From Vermamoeba vermiformis (taxonomy: Eukaryota), in assembly GCA_045837725.1 (NCBI GenBank), contig JBEWZL010000304.1, positions 179,191 to 199,190 on the forward strand: a stretch of DNA of 20,000 bases. The letters are read 5' to 3'. Each line of letters opens with the position of its first letter. The first letter of the stretch is position 1. The translations under genes were made by a program, and so were the position numbers. Of this stretch, positions 1 through 12,347 are shown piece by piece. Below the pieces are notes generated by a model. The model was given only the letters and a program-made list of their open reading frames with translations. It did no database searches and was not told the origin of the DNA.

Positions 1-1355
1 AAAGGCAACTTCTTGTGCTCGATCAGTTCCTCCCAAGCCGAGGCTTTGTTGCCCTTGGCAGAGAGCAGGGTCTCCCAAGTTTCAGGAGTAGGCAACTTCA
101 TTCTTCGGCCAGCACGTTCAATCTCAAACTGGCCAGACAGTCCACTCAAGCGGAAATCAGACTCGGCGACTGGATACTTCTTGCCCAAGAGACACATGAC
201 GTTGTAAACGGGCTTCGACAAATGGAGCTGTCGAATCATTTGCTTCATGGTCAACATGGGCTTGTCGGGCTTATTCATGCCCAACTCGCGCATCTTCTTT
301 TGCTTGCGCTTGATGGTACGTTCTTTGTTGTACTTTCCGAGTTGATAGACATCAAAGTTAGGGAATTTATCGACCATTGATTTTCTCAAGCAGGTCGGGA
401 TTGACTTTCCTTTGAGGACTAAAAATAGAACATTGTGAGCAAATCTCGCGATACGAGGCTAATAGAGTCGATCTAGTTGTCGTTACAGTAACTCTGAGAC
501 TTACGTTTGTCAGGCAATGTTTGATAGGTTGCCGCGACATCAAGCCAATCAGAAGGCAAAACGATGATTTTGCTAAAGTATTTGCGAACATAAGGCTGGC
601 ACTCAGTAATGTTGCAAGCGAGAGCAACCAAATAGTTAGCGGTTGATCTGATTTGAATCAAAGTTAGAAAATATTGAATCATATTATTTCCGTCTACCGC
701 ACGTACCTAATGTTTAAGTCCTGACGAACGTACAACGCGAGCTTAAGTACAAACTCAGGGTCATAAAATGCAATAGTCTTGCAGGATTTAGTAATCTTAA
801 TGTAAGTAGGATTGGTTGGGGAGAGTTTTGGTTCGTTGATTAAAGCAGCAGAGACCATATTCAATAATTTCACCTAAAGAGACCAAGCGGTGAGTCACCA
901 AATCCGACGGAGATATTTTTGGCAGATGATCTTACCTTGGTCTGCTTGAGCTCTTGTGGGGTCATGCTTTCGAATTCTACGTGAGTCGCTTGGGCGTAGT
1001 CGCTAAAATAGCAAAATCAAGTTAATAGCTGCTTCAAAAAGGTGGCTAAAGTAAGTCAATCTGGCTCAATTCAAAAATAAATTTTAAAAATCAATATTCA
1101 GCAGAAAAATAATTAATTCAGTACTTACATTTGTGGCTGGTTATCACGCACCAATTCCATAGCTTGCGGGTTCTGAGTGGCCGTTACAGTTTGAGTAGCC
1201 GATCCAAGACCTCGTCCACGAACAGCACCACCACGAACAGCGCCACCACGACCCCCGCGAGCAGCACCGCCACGTCCTCCGCGTCCTCCACGAGCAGGAC
1301 CACCACGACCTCCACGAGAACCTCCTCTACCGCCTCTGTTACCGCGTCCCGACAT
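1..1355 (-). CDS. TEP1: TEP1/p80-like TROVE-domain protein with N-terminal RGG region; 5' part only, continues beyond the left edge
   Basis: Exons 1355-1129, 1002-936, 873-707, 647-505, 418-<1, all GT-AG and phase-consistent. The translation contains DPEFVLKLALYVRQDLNIRSTANY, YFSKIIVLPSDWLDVA, PTCLRKSMVDKFPNFDVYQLGKYN, TMKQMIRQLHL, LLGKKYP and RAGRRMKLPTPETWETLLSAKGNKASAWEELIEHKKLP. These match my recollection of the TROVE domain of TEP1 and ciliate p80 better than Ro60. Confidence 0.9.
1205..1352 (-). repeat. Low-complexity RGG/RG-coding repeat in TROVE exon 1
   Basis: Encodes GRGNRGGRGGSRGGRGGPARGGRGGRGGAARGGRGGAVRGGAVRGRG; imperfect ccacg/ccacc tandem units on the + strand. Confidence 0.9.
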
Positions 1356-1864
1356 CTTAGCTGAAAGTTATCGAAGACAGATGTATTTGAAAGAGAATGT
1401 GTAATAATAATACAACAACAGGGTGTAACAAGAAGGTTTCAATTAAGGTATGTATTAGCTTGATTGAAACAAAAAAATAACCTCTTTATGCGCGTCAAGA
1501 ATTTTTTTAAACTCTTCTTGTGTTCTGTGATTTTTCTCAGTCCGTCAAACTGCCTTGTCTTCGCCCACAACCAGAATACGCTTCGCATCCTCCACACTAC
1601 CACATATATGCAAATCAGCAAATTAAAAATATTTTTTTGAGTGATCAGAAGGGATCAGCAATCAGAGCGGTCAGAATGTAATTATTTGTGGATAACTACA
1701 CGTTAAAAATATTATTATACTCAGGTACATTTTTTAAAAAAGATTTTACGTGCAACGGTAACACTCAACGGTAACGCGAATTTTAATAATTTAGATCAAA
1801 TCGAATGCTTGCCTTTCAAATACTTTTTAGTGCTATCAACAATTACATTTTATTATTGTACAAT

Positions 1865-4800
1865 TTATCTCAAATCGACACGAGCAGCATTTCGTGGTTC
1901 GATCTTGAGCGACTGCTCTTCCACAATGGTTTCTTCCAAAGTGGGCAGGTGATTAATGACTCCTTGTAAGTCGTCTTCGATTTCAATGTCATATTTAAAC
2001 TGTTGGAACCGCAAGACGGAGTTAAAGATCAGGTTGTAGATCATGCGTCTCTTGGCGAAGTTGATCAGCTTGACGTTGTTTACTTTGACCCAATCGGGAT
2101 TTCCTTCGTCAATGAAAGTCAAATCCTTCATAACGACACCCCTAAATAGCATTTGGTTAGTATTTGCGTTCAGGATTGCCAACCTAGAATAAATTTGTGG
2201 ATGCGATCCAAAGCTCGCTGGAGCTTCGTGGTTTTTGTTTGAATTTCATAATGCTACGAATAATTCCTCGACTATTGTACTTCAAGTGGGTACTTACAAA
2301 TAAGGAATGCACGGGCCTTCGATCTTTTCGATCTCCGCACGGTAATTTTTGAAGCTGCCTTGCATGTCCATTAATTGTTCTAACTCTTGCAGAACTTGAA
2401 TAAGTTGCTTAGGTACTCGCGCCATAGTCCACTTTAGGCGAGACACTATTAATAGAACAAAAGATTAGTATCAAAAATGATTGGATCTGCACGACAAGAT
2501 CTTACCAGCAAAATGATTCAGACCAGAGATGATCGCGGTTAATAAGTGGAAGTTGTTCATGTCTCGTAATCGCTTTGCGATCTTAATAAACTTGATCACC
2601 AAGTCAACACGCTTCTTCAGTTGATGTTCGAAGCAAACAGTCGTTGTGACCCACCTTGGTTTGCAACATTAGTCAAGCTGCTAGAAGAGATCGACAAACG
2701 TTCAAAACTTACGAGGCTACTGTATTGAACATTTCAATCATTTGGCCAACCATGCCATCCTTATTCTTGAGCCAGGCTTGGTTCAGCAATTCCGAGATCT
2801 GACACGAGCACGTTAGATCCGATAGTTTGAGGAACTTGGATTTCTTACCTTCATTTGTGAGAAAACATTGGAGAGTCTGATAGTCAGTTGCTTGGCAATA
2901 TCATTTGTGCGAAGCTCAGAGCGAGTCCAATCGACCTTATCAATAATGCTCATGTTCTTAAAATCCTTCGCAGTCAACACTTTGTAGATGTCTCTCGTCG
3001 AGGCATTTCTCTTCAACTTGAAGCTGTTGCTTCGGGATACTGAAGGACTGGCATCTCCAGGCTGTCCATCACTTTCTTTCTGTTATTGAATATTATTAGC
3101 AAAAGTTGACACGTGTCAAACATCACTCATGAACGTACTCTAAGTTCGAATAAAGTGATGACCAAGCGCGTTACTGTTTCGTTCTTGATAGTAGGATCCT
3201 TTGTGACGACGTTGCGGACCAAATGTTCGAGTTTCTTATTTACATTGACTTCTTTAGCATCTTCGGGTGAGTAGTATTTCTCGATGAAATGACCCAAAAT
3301 GAAACACACTCGCAACTTGATGCGGCGTTGAAGATGAGACTTTTCTTTTGGTACTTCGAACCTGAGAGAGATATTATTAGGTAAGCTAAGGGCTTAAGAA
3401 CGTCACGTGATTCTACTTACAATTCAGCCAACTTGTCAAGGAAATCTTCGACGCTCATGAACGTGGATAAACTTCCCAAGAACGGATTCAAATAGTGCTT
3501 GTCGCCTATGACAGTCGTTAGCACGTGCAAGTTAGGCAGAGTTCGTGAGGACTTACCAAATTTGGTGTTAACGAGCGCCAAGATCAGTTGGTACAATGAA
3601 GAGGCCTCGACAATAAGTTCTTCGCCTTGTTTCGTGAACTGAATGTCGTCTTGCTTGCTCAGGTCTTGTTCGACATCGGCCCAATTGATCTTCTTTTTCG
3701 CCAGCTCACGTCTCGCAGTCAATTTAGCTTCAAAATCTTGACGTGTGATGACAGTGACGCGATTGCCTTCGTTAATGTTGTACTCGAGTAAAGACTTGTT
3801 GATGTCCATTTCAATCATCTTGCCGTGCACTTTGCGGTAGGTAATCAATTGACCCACTGGCGCGTTAAGTTTCGGGAATTGACTGGACTCAACGACCTGC
3901 TTGAACGGGATCGCGGAATCAACTTTGACAGGTGTCACTTTCTTATCGCCGGTCTTCAATTGGATAGTGATGAATCGTCTAAGCAATTGCAAATTCATCT
4001 AAGCCGATTGGTGTCAGTAAGTTTTTCAATATTTTTTTGCACTGACTTACTCTGTTGTTAGGTTTCAGTTGGGCTAATGTCATGTTGCCATCGAGCCATG
4101 AGAGTGCTCCGTCAACACTAGCCGATACAAAGCTAAAGTCTTTAGGATCGCCGAGTTGAGTGCGGATTACTGCTAGGGAGACCAACTTGTTGACTTTCAT
4201 TTGAGGATCCGCTCTGAATTCAATTGAATTAGTTACAAGAAAGGATTATAATATTTGTAAAATAGGTGGAACTAATTATTAAATAATAGAGTTCTTTGAG
4301 AAAGGCGTACCTGAATTTTTCTTTTTGTCTGGATGCACCTTCAGAAGATCTCGCTCGGCCGCTAGCAGAATTTTCTTCATAGTAAATAATCGTATCAACG
4401 AATTTAGGTCGCAGCTCGATAATGTTCGATTGAGTAACGACGGAGCTATATTTAGCCAAGGGCTCCGTGTCTTCAAGTGGCAAGTAGAATTTCTCGCCGT
4501 CGCCTTCAGCAGCCTTGACAAATCTCCATTCGGAGAGTTCAGCGGAATTTCCTTCGTTTTCATTGTGTTTGTAGTAAAGACCCCATTCTTGCGACAGATC
4601 GCCTTTGAGTTGCTCGACCAAAGCCAAAGTCAATTCGCTGCATTGCTTGTTTGCATCAATTTCGACGATATGATCTTCGGTCTTAGTACCAGACTTATAT
4701 TGAACTGTTAAAGTCCATGGCTGGTATTTAAACTCGAATAAAACCTAAATTTTCTTTGATTAGATCTGACGTTCTTTCCATACATAGAAGGTAAAGACAA

Positions 4801-7800
4801 AGCATAATCGGAGCATTTCCGTAAAGAGATCAATATTCGAATGATTAATATACTTACAGGTCCTTTAATATTACGTTGGAATAAGGAAACGTCTCCGTGT
4901 AACCAAGATCCAGGCTCGATCATGACTTGTGGTACCTCGCTCTGTAAATTAATGTTTAGTAAATAGCGCAAATAATATTGTCATAATTATTTAATTAATT
5001 AGAGTTGCGTTCACCGAATTTAAAATCCTAGGATTTTAGTCCGTATTACGGATGTAGCTAAATTATGTGATTTTGGGTATGCAAGTAGTGCTTACTTTAC
5101 GAGGCGAGGAATCAGGTAATACATTTCCAGGCAAGAACAGTCCAAAGTAATGGAATTCGCTTTCAATGAACCCTTTCTTCATGAGTTCTATGATTATTCG
5201 TTTGAATGTTGTGGTGGCGTCGTAAGAGAGCAGTAAATAATAAAAACCAAAAGTATTGGTCACTATAACCACAAAATTCTCGTCCAGACGGAAATGCTGG
5301 CGGTTTGCAACGAAATACTAAATAAGGAGATTAGTTCAAGTGAACCAGATCAAAAAGACACGCGAGATTGAACGGGAGATACATGAATTATTGCAAGAAT
5401 TTGGATTCGTTCCAATCGTAAGCGGATAAATTATATTCCTCGTTATAAAATTTCGATAAGAAATGGAGCAGGATCCGTCAAGAAAATTTAAATCAACGTC
5501 CGATCCAACTAAAAATAGCTTACCTCAACGAGCTTTTCTCTTCCATGTTGCACAAATAGCTCTTCCAGATCATCGTTGAATGATTTATGAAAGGTTCGCA
5601 TTAAGGGCTGAATATCTTGCGAGGCTCGAGATTTCCATTCCTGAATGATAAAGATTAAGTAATCTCCATTAATCTCATCGTTTAGGATTTAACTTTAAGA
5701 ATATACTTTAAATAAACATAAACAATATATTATACTGTTTAAATATGAGCTAAATACTTACACCGAGGTAAAACACGATGCCCACGGCAATGAATTCATC
5801 GCGGATCTTCATTCGGGTTTTTAAGTCCTCAGTATGATGTAGAACTGTATTAATGAACTCTAATACGCATTGGACGTGCTAAATAGTAAAAATTAAGTAT
5901 TAGTAAAGCAATATCCAAGCACTATATTAGTTGTCATTTAACAGCCAGATCGTTCTCATTACTACCGTTATTAAGCGTGTATTTGATGCAAAAATGATTG
6001 ATTATTTGTGATATTGTATCGAAGGTGTATACTTACTTGAGGATAAGAAAGAGATCCATCGAGGTAGAAAAACAGCGGATCCATTCGATTGTTCTTTGTC
6101 GGTGAAACAGCAAATTGAGCGGAGAATCCATCGAGAATAGTACTATAACATTAGACCGTTAATAACGGTTAATAAAGCGAATACTGCGTGACACTTTGTT
6201 GACATTTTTTGACACGGGACTTTGCGTTGTTTTGACACGCTACTTACGGAATGCCTCGCGGAGCCTTTGTAACGATTTTTCCAAGTAATTTGATGACATA
6301 TAAATACATTAATGGCACGTCTTTGAGCGTCAATAATAACATTAGAACGCGTCCCATGTTGACTGATTGTTCCATCGCTTCGAACATTTCATAAATATGG
6401 TCCTAAAAATAGCATTAATGAACGTATATAGATGCTAATATTAATAACAATAAAGCTTGTTTGTTATTAATGAATCACATAATTTAGTTGATAAGACTTA
6501 CGTTTGCAAAATAGGCTATAATCGCCAATAAATCTAAGATAATTTCTTTAACGTCCTCAGTGAGCCTATAATAAAAAAGAGAACATTACTATGAGAATTC
6601 TATTCACAAGAATTTTTTGGTACGCGCGCGTTGAATAAAAATTTAGCCGCGAAATAGTTGCAAAGCTTGACTTACTTAGTTTGCGTATTGACTTTGAGTA
6701 AATATTCGAATATATACTTGATTCCTCCTGACGATACGAATGACGTCATCCATTGCGGAGTTACACGGTGAATAACAGATCGAAGTGCTGCAATGTCGAT
6801 CCAGCTCAATGACGGTTTAGCAAGTGCTTCTAAATAATATTCTACTTGTAATTTGCGCGGGTCATCTACTTCCCCGGTAAGAGATCCGCGTCGCGAGGTT
6901 GATGGCGATGAATCAGCAGAATCACTATCGCTGTTACAAAAAAACGAGTCAGTACGAATAAATCGAAAAGTGGCGTATAAATATGCCTTCTAAATGATTG
7001 CGTATTAATATAGCGCTAAACATTTTATTAGATGAATAGTTTTTATTCGTTGAAAGATGACGCGATCCAGAATCAAAATAATTTTTTGGTCAAAATAGAG
7101 ATAGTTCGCGAGTATAAATATGCGTAAAGCTAATTAACTAATGAATAATAATATTTTTTGTAATGTGAAAGCATTGTAACTGTTGCGAATTGTCTAAATT
7201 TGGAATGTGGACCTAAATAACTGAAACGCTTCATAAAAAGCAATAGCTATTATTTAAATATGCTCTATACTATTATGAATATTAGCTTACCTATTTCTCC
7301 TTTGCAATTCAGGCGGCAACTCACCAAAAAATTTAATTGAAGCTGAAGATCTTCGAGCGGGTACGGCAGGTGCTTTTAAAGATATTAGTACGAGCGTCTT
7401 GCTTATAATAAATATACTATCGATGGTATCATTCGATCACAAAATTTGCGTTGGAACTCTTAAACATGTGACAGCTTGGCAGCACGTTAATTAAATCAAT
7501 TCAACAAAATCTGATGGAAAATCTTCTATAGAAATCGATAGGAAATATTCAATACGAGGGCTAAATATGCCTTTGAAGCTGACAAACGAATATTTAAAAA
7601 TTGTTACCTAAAACCGGAGATGTGGGCGCTGAATACGCTGAACCAATTGTAAATCCTCTATTTCTATTTTCTGCATTACTAGTGCCATTTGCTTGTTGAG
7701 GAGAGCCCGGAGCGCTGCCAATTAACGACCGAGTAGTGAGCGATCCGACGGATTTAGGCGCTGCGGGTACTGGAGGCGGCGTGTTAACTCTTCTGACAGT

Positions 7801-10100
7801 ACCCATGGAAGGGTCCGATGAACGCAGTTGTGGTGTTGATATTGACGAGTTCATAGTAAGAGTGCTTGATCCAAATATAAACGAGCTAGAATCTCCGTGG
7901 CTGGATGATAATTCAGGCTTGGATTTTTTTCTAATGAGAATTGGATTCACTCCTAATCCGTGCGTTGGACTTGATGGCGTGCTTTGTGAATTGCTAAGTA
8001 AATCAGCAAGATTGCCTTTTCGCGACGATTTTTTGTCGATCTTGACTGTAGCAATTTGATCTAGAGCCAAAAAAAATTAATAAATAATTTTTGGCGTTGA
8101 TTTACTATTGACTTGTGTGTTTACAACGGACAATTTAAAAATAATTCTTCAGGCGGTTTCAAACAAAAAAAATTTGACACGTGTCAAACATTTACATTGT
8201 GCTTTGATATCATGAAGGCACGCTTATTATGTACATAGATTTTCGGGTCTTAAAGTTACTTGTATACTTTATACATAACCGAAGCAGAAAAATTTAAATT
8301 CAAGAAATGTGTCAATTTGTGAACCGCGAATAAAAAGTACTTAAATTGAGCTGCTTATGCTATGTAATTACTTACATTTGCCTTCTTTATCGACTTCTAG
8401 CGTTTTCATGTTCGCCCAAAGAATTTTCGCTTGCGATTTCCACTTGGTCTTCGAGTTTTTGCAATTGTTTCCGTACAGCGACAAGATCGACAAACTTAAT
8501 TGCGTCTCGACCTCCGCTGGTGTTGTTTCTATCATATTATTGTGCAGGTATAATTCTACTAACGTTGGAAGCTTCAATAATTCCATAGGCAATTGCTCGA
8601 GTTTGTTGCCGGACAAATCCAACGTTTGAAGGGCATCAAAGTGCTTAATTTCGTTAGCAGTCGATGTTACTAGCTTGTTGTTCGATACATCTAATACTTC
8701 TAACGAGGAAATTAAGCCGTGAACGGGTTCAGGTTGATACCTCTCGAGCCAAACCCAAATCTGGTTATTTTGGAGGAACAACGTGTTGAGGCTTTGCATG
8801 AATAACAACTGCTTCGGAAATTCGCTGATGGCGTTGTCGCTTAAATTAAGCATTTTCAGTAGAAGCAGATCCTGGACTTGGTGCGAAACCGTCTTCAAAT
8901 AATTGAAGCTGAGGTCCATTTGTTGAAGGGACGAGCCAATATCCATTAATACTGACTTGTCTTCGATATCTCTCCATGATTTGATCGAGTTGCGGCTGAT
9001 ACTTAATTTTTTAAGATTTTTAAATGTTTTTCCAATGGCCTCGAGGCATACATCTGCCGTGAAAATACAAAGTAAGTCATAGAAATGATAAATCGCGCTT
9101 AGAAATAATATTGGCACTAATTTTAGATTTTTTGTAGGTCCGCAAACGAAGAAAAAAAGAGAGCCGATCTCCGGATCGAGCCAGGACTTACCAGACAGTT
9201 GATTTCTCGTCAAAGAAAGCTCCTCCAAGGAATCCAATACGTAGTTGTTAGGATTTTCGAAGACCTTGATTTCGTTGTTCTCCAAGTTCAAGATCTTCAA
9301 CGATTTGAGCGCGAAAAGCGGATCAGGGATGTCGTGCAAGTTGCAGCTCTCCAAAGAGATTTGAACGAGCGATTTAAACTCCCTAAGGAATAATACACGA
9401 GTTAGTTGAATCCTAAGCCATAAATAGCACGCGATCTGGACACACGAAAATATCTCTGCTTCGGACACGTGTCCCATCGTGGATCTCATTACACAAGCAA
9501 CTTTCCGAATCGTTGCCATTGCAATATGGTCGAGTACGTGCTATTACTGCGATTCCATGCTCTTAGAACAGAATTCGAGCAAGATCCACTTTTTAGAACA
9601 CACCCGAACACAAAGATTTTCTGATCGGATCCGCGCATGTTCGTAAAACGTGTCCGACACACTAAAAATTCGGTAAAATACCGCGATTAAGCGATCAGGT
9701 CCTACGTGAGCTTTATCAAAGCATTACTGCAGTCCCTCGCAGAATCATCAGTAATCAGCCGATCTCTGGGTCAGATCCATCCAGGTCCCAGAAACAATTG
9801 TTTTTTCGTTATTTTACACGTCGTAATGCAGAGAAAAAACGAATAATTTCGTACGGGACCATAAAATTTAAAAATTACGACCGTCGAATTTTAATGGGAC
9901 GCGTTTATGGCCACTTACTTTGCAATACCACGAAGATGGTCTAAATTCTCTTCCAGCGCCAAATCTTTGAATCGAATAGCTAGAACTGTATTATCCTTAT
10001 TAATTAATTCATTCTTGATAGATCCGGGCTTCGCGCTCTTTCGCTTCTCTTTCTTCTCTTTCTCCTTCTTATCTTTGCTCTTTTTTACGCTGTCATCCAT
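1865..10100 (-). CDS. Multidomain RasGEF: LRRs - Ser/Pro linker - formin GBD/FH3 - about four ubiquitin-like (FERM-F0/RA-like) modules - REM - CDC25; resembles Dictyostelium RasGEF-L; ~1647 aa
   Basis: 23 exons, every junction phase-consistent (4944 nt): 10100-9919, 9382-9192, 9053-8376, 8060-7608, 7372-7291, 6930-6676, 6565-6502, 6402-6248, 6142-6037, 5878-5762, 5640-5524, 5317-5096, 4941-4858, 4744-4311, 4213-4051, 3998-3557, 3505-3421, 3361-3139, 3079-2849, 2798-2713, 2654-2506, 2445-2298, 2141-1865. LRR: LxxLxLxxNxL repeats. GBD: VEYYLEAL..AALRSVI..PQWMTSFVSSGG. FH3: CVLEFINTVL..DLKTRMKIRDEF. REM: VEASSLYQLILAL, RRIKLRVCFIL. CDC25: [49 protein letters not shown]. Confidence 0.88.
3106..3123. 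repeat. Palindromic 18-bp motif TTGACACGTGTCAAACAT, copy 1 (inside a 59-nt intron)
   Basis: Identical to 8174-8191; the core TTGACACGTGTCAA is self-complementary. Confidence 0.85.
8173..8191. repeat. Palindromic motif TTTGACACGTGTCAAA(CAT), copy 2 (intronic)
   Basis: Perfect 16-bp palindrome at 8173-8188; 18-bp identity with 3106-3123. Confidence 0.85.
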
Positions 10101-10596
10101 TCTCTAAAGTGTTCGTGCGATCCACTAACGAGAAAAAATGATAGCGTGATGAAACGAGGTGTTTACAAAATTGACGTTTTGACACCCGAACGAAAAATTC
10201 CTTCTGCCAACAATTACGGCCAGAAAATTCATTGATTTGCCAACAAAAACGTGAATATAACTTGATTACGGCACAGCAAGATCATTTAGATGCTTTGTAA
10301 TTGCATAATTAGCGTTCATCGAAAGGAATATCTCCGATACTGCGAGATAAATGGAGCGGAATTTAATCCATAAATAAACAAGTCACCTTAAGGGACAAAG
10401 TAATGTAACAAAAAAAAATCAATTAGTTTATTCACATATAAAGCGCAACCTTAAATAATGCTAAATTATAGTTACACAGGCGGCGAGATCTGGATCCGAC
10501 AGACAGAGATCGCTTTCTTAGACCGAATAGATTTACGACAAGTCATCGGTAAACTATAATAATTCCAAGGATTAGTAAATCGATTTGTTTTAGAGA

Positions 10597-11868
10597 TTAA
10601 ATTCGAATTTTGTAGCTAATGTCGAACTAAATACACGTCTCCAAAATTAGTAACCACCAAATAACGAACATTTGATTGTAAATTACTCATACTTTTCATA
10701 TATTGACACATAGCAAATTATATTGATTGTCTTATTCAACTTACCCTAAGTCTGCTTTCATAAAACTTGATTACGATCTGCGGAGCCTTGCTATTGATCG
10801 TGGGTGCTGGAACGTAAGTACAAATATTCTTGCCCTTCCTAGTGAATCATATAAAGCACGTTAATAATCAATTTAAAAGGAAATCAAAGCAAGAAATTTC
10901 GCACATGAGTAACCCGTTAGATGTGCCGTTAGGATAATGATTTGGATATGAACCGAGGTCTATTTAAGTAATATATGCTCTAAGGTGTATAATCGCACGA
11001 AGCAAATTGATCTACAGCTTCGCTTAAGCTCGTGTAACGGATGGGACTTACCATCGAACGTAAAACATCAACTGTCCATCAATCATGCGTGCACCAATCA
11101 ATTCTTGTACTGTATCACCATGTTCAAAGCCTACTTTAACGTTCTTGTCAGGTTCCAAGAGACTTTCAAGTTCCTGAAGAGGAATACGTCAGAGATGCGG
11201 ATTTGCTTCTGGTTTGGGAATAGAAGACCGCGTCCTATGCCAAGTACTTACCCTCCTTTCATCTTTTTTAATTTTTTCTTTTTGTTTAATCATTTTTTCT
11301 TTTCGCCTGGGTTGATCGAAAGTTAGCAAACGAGCGATCCAGAAAATACAACAAAAAGCAGAATTGAGCCAAAATTATATGTAAAAAATATTAACTCACT
11401 TTCTATCTTCTTTGTTTTCATATTCTGCAAGCAGATCCGGGCAGTTCAACCGATCTTCATCCTCCCAAGTGTTGAATTCGTCGCCGTAGCCTTCCCACTT
11501 GATTAAATATTGAACAGCACCCTATTTAAAGGCAAATTAATATTATTTCACTTTATCAGGCAAATTACAACGAGAGAAAGTACCGAAAATGAGATCAATT
11601 ATCAAAAAATCCTTAGAAATGTTATTAAAATTACCTTATGCTTTCTTTTGCCGACAATAGCTTCTACTACATATTCTTCATCATTAGGCGAGCCAGTGCT
11701 ATTATTTTCTCCATTTTTTTTCCTCTTCTTGGCGGGACTGTCTTTGCCACCCTCGGATTTGCGCTTTCTCTTTCCTTTTGAGCGACTAGTCTCCTCGTTG
11801 TTACCATTATTTGGTGCCTGTTCATCATTATCTGAGATTACAGAGCCACTTCGTTCCTCATCCGCCAT
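10597..11868 (-). CDS. HP1-family heterochromatin protein (chromodomain + chromo-shadow domain), ~218 aa
   Basis: Exons 11868-11635, 11521-11400, 11306-11252, 11173-11052, 10838-10745, 10626-10597 (last exon less certain). Chromodomain EEYVVEAIVGKR..VQYLIKWEGYGDEFNTWEDEDRLNCPDLL has an intact Y/W/Y aromatic cage. A basic hinge follows, then the shadow domain GFEHGDTVQELIGARMIDGQLMFYVRWKG..APQIVIKFYESRL. Confidence 0.93.
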
Positions 11869-12347
11869 TTTTACTGCTTAGATCCTCCTTTCCACTAACG
11901 ATCCAAGATTCAACAACGTTGATATAATTATTAATAGGTAATATCAAATGGCTTGTTGTCTCTGGCGCAGCGAGCCAAAATAATTTAACGAGACACGAGA
12001 AAACAACAACGGCACTGAATTATGGATGAATTATGTAATATTGATATTAACGAATCAATTAATGGACTAGCGCAAGTATTATACCGAACAAATGAACTGA
12101 TTCATCGTTAAGCAGACAGCTGGATTTCGATCGCCTCGATCAAAAAAGATTTTGAGATAATTTAACGCCCACCTGTTAGTAATAATAGACTAGCTATTAA
12201 TTTAACAAGATATTTGACTTCGAAATAGTATTTGTAAGTTGCAAACATTTTTTCATTTCAAAGCAATCAATTTTTTTGATCTCAAGCAGAAATGCCCATT
12301 TTAGGGTTAACCACCTCTGCTCTTCATAGTTAAATCGAATTTTATAT

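Noticed and set aside
8368-9519. 383-aa ORF as a standalone LRR gene
   Set aside because: It reads through introns (9519-9383, 9191-9054). The LRR exons splice in frame to the 10100 start exon and to the downstream RasGEF exons.
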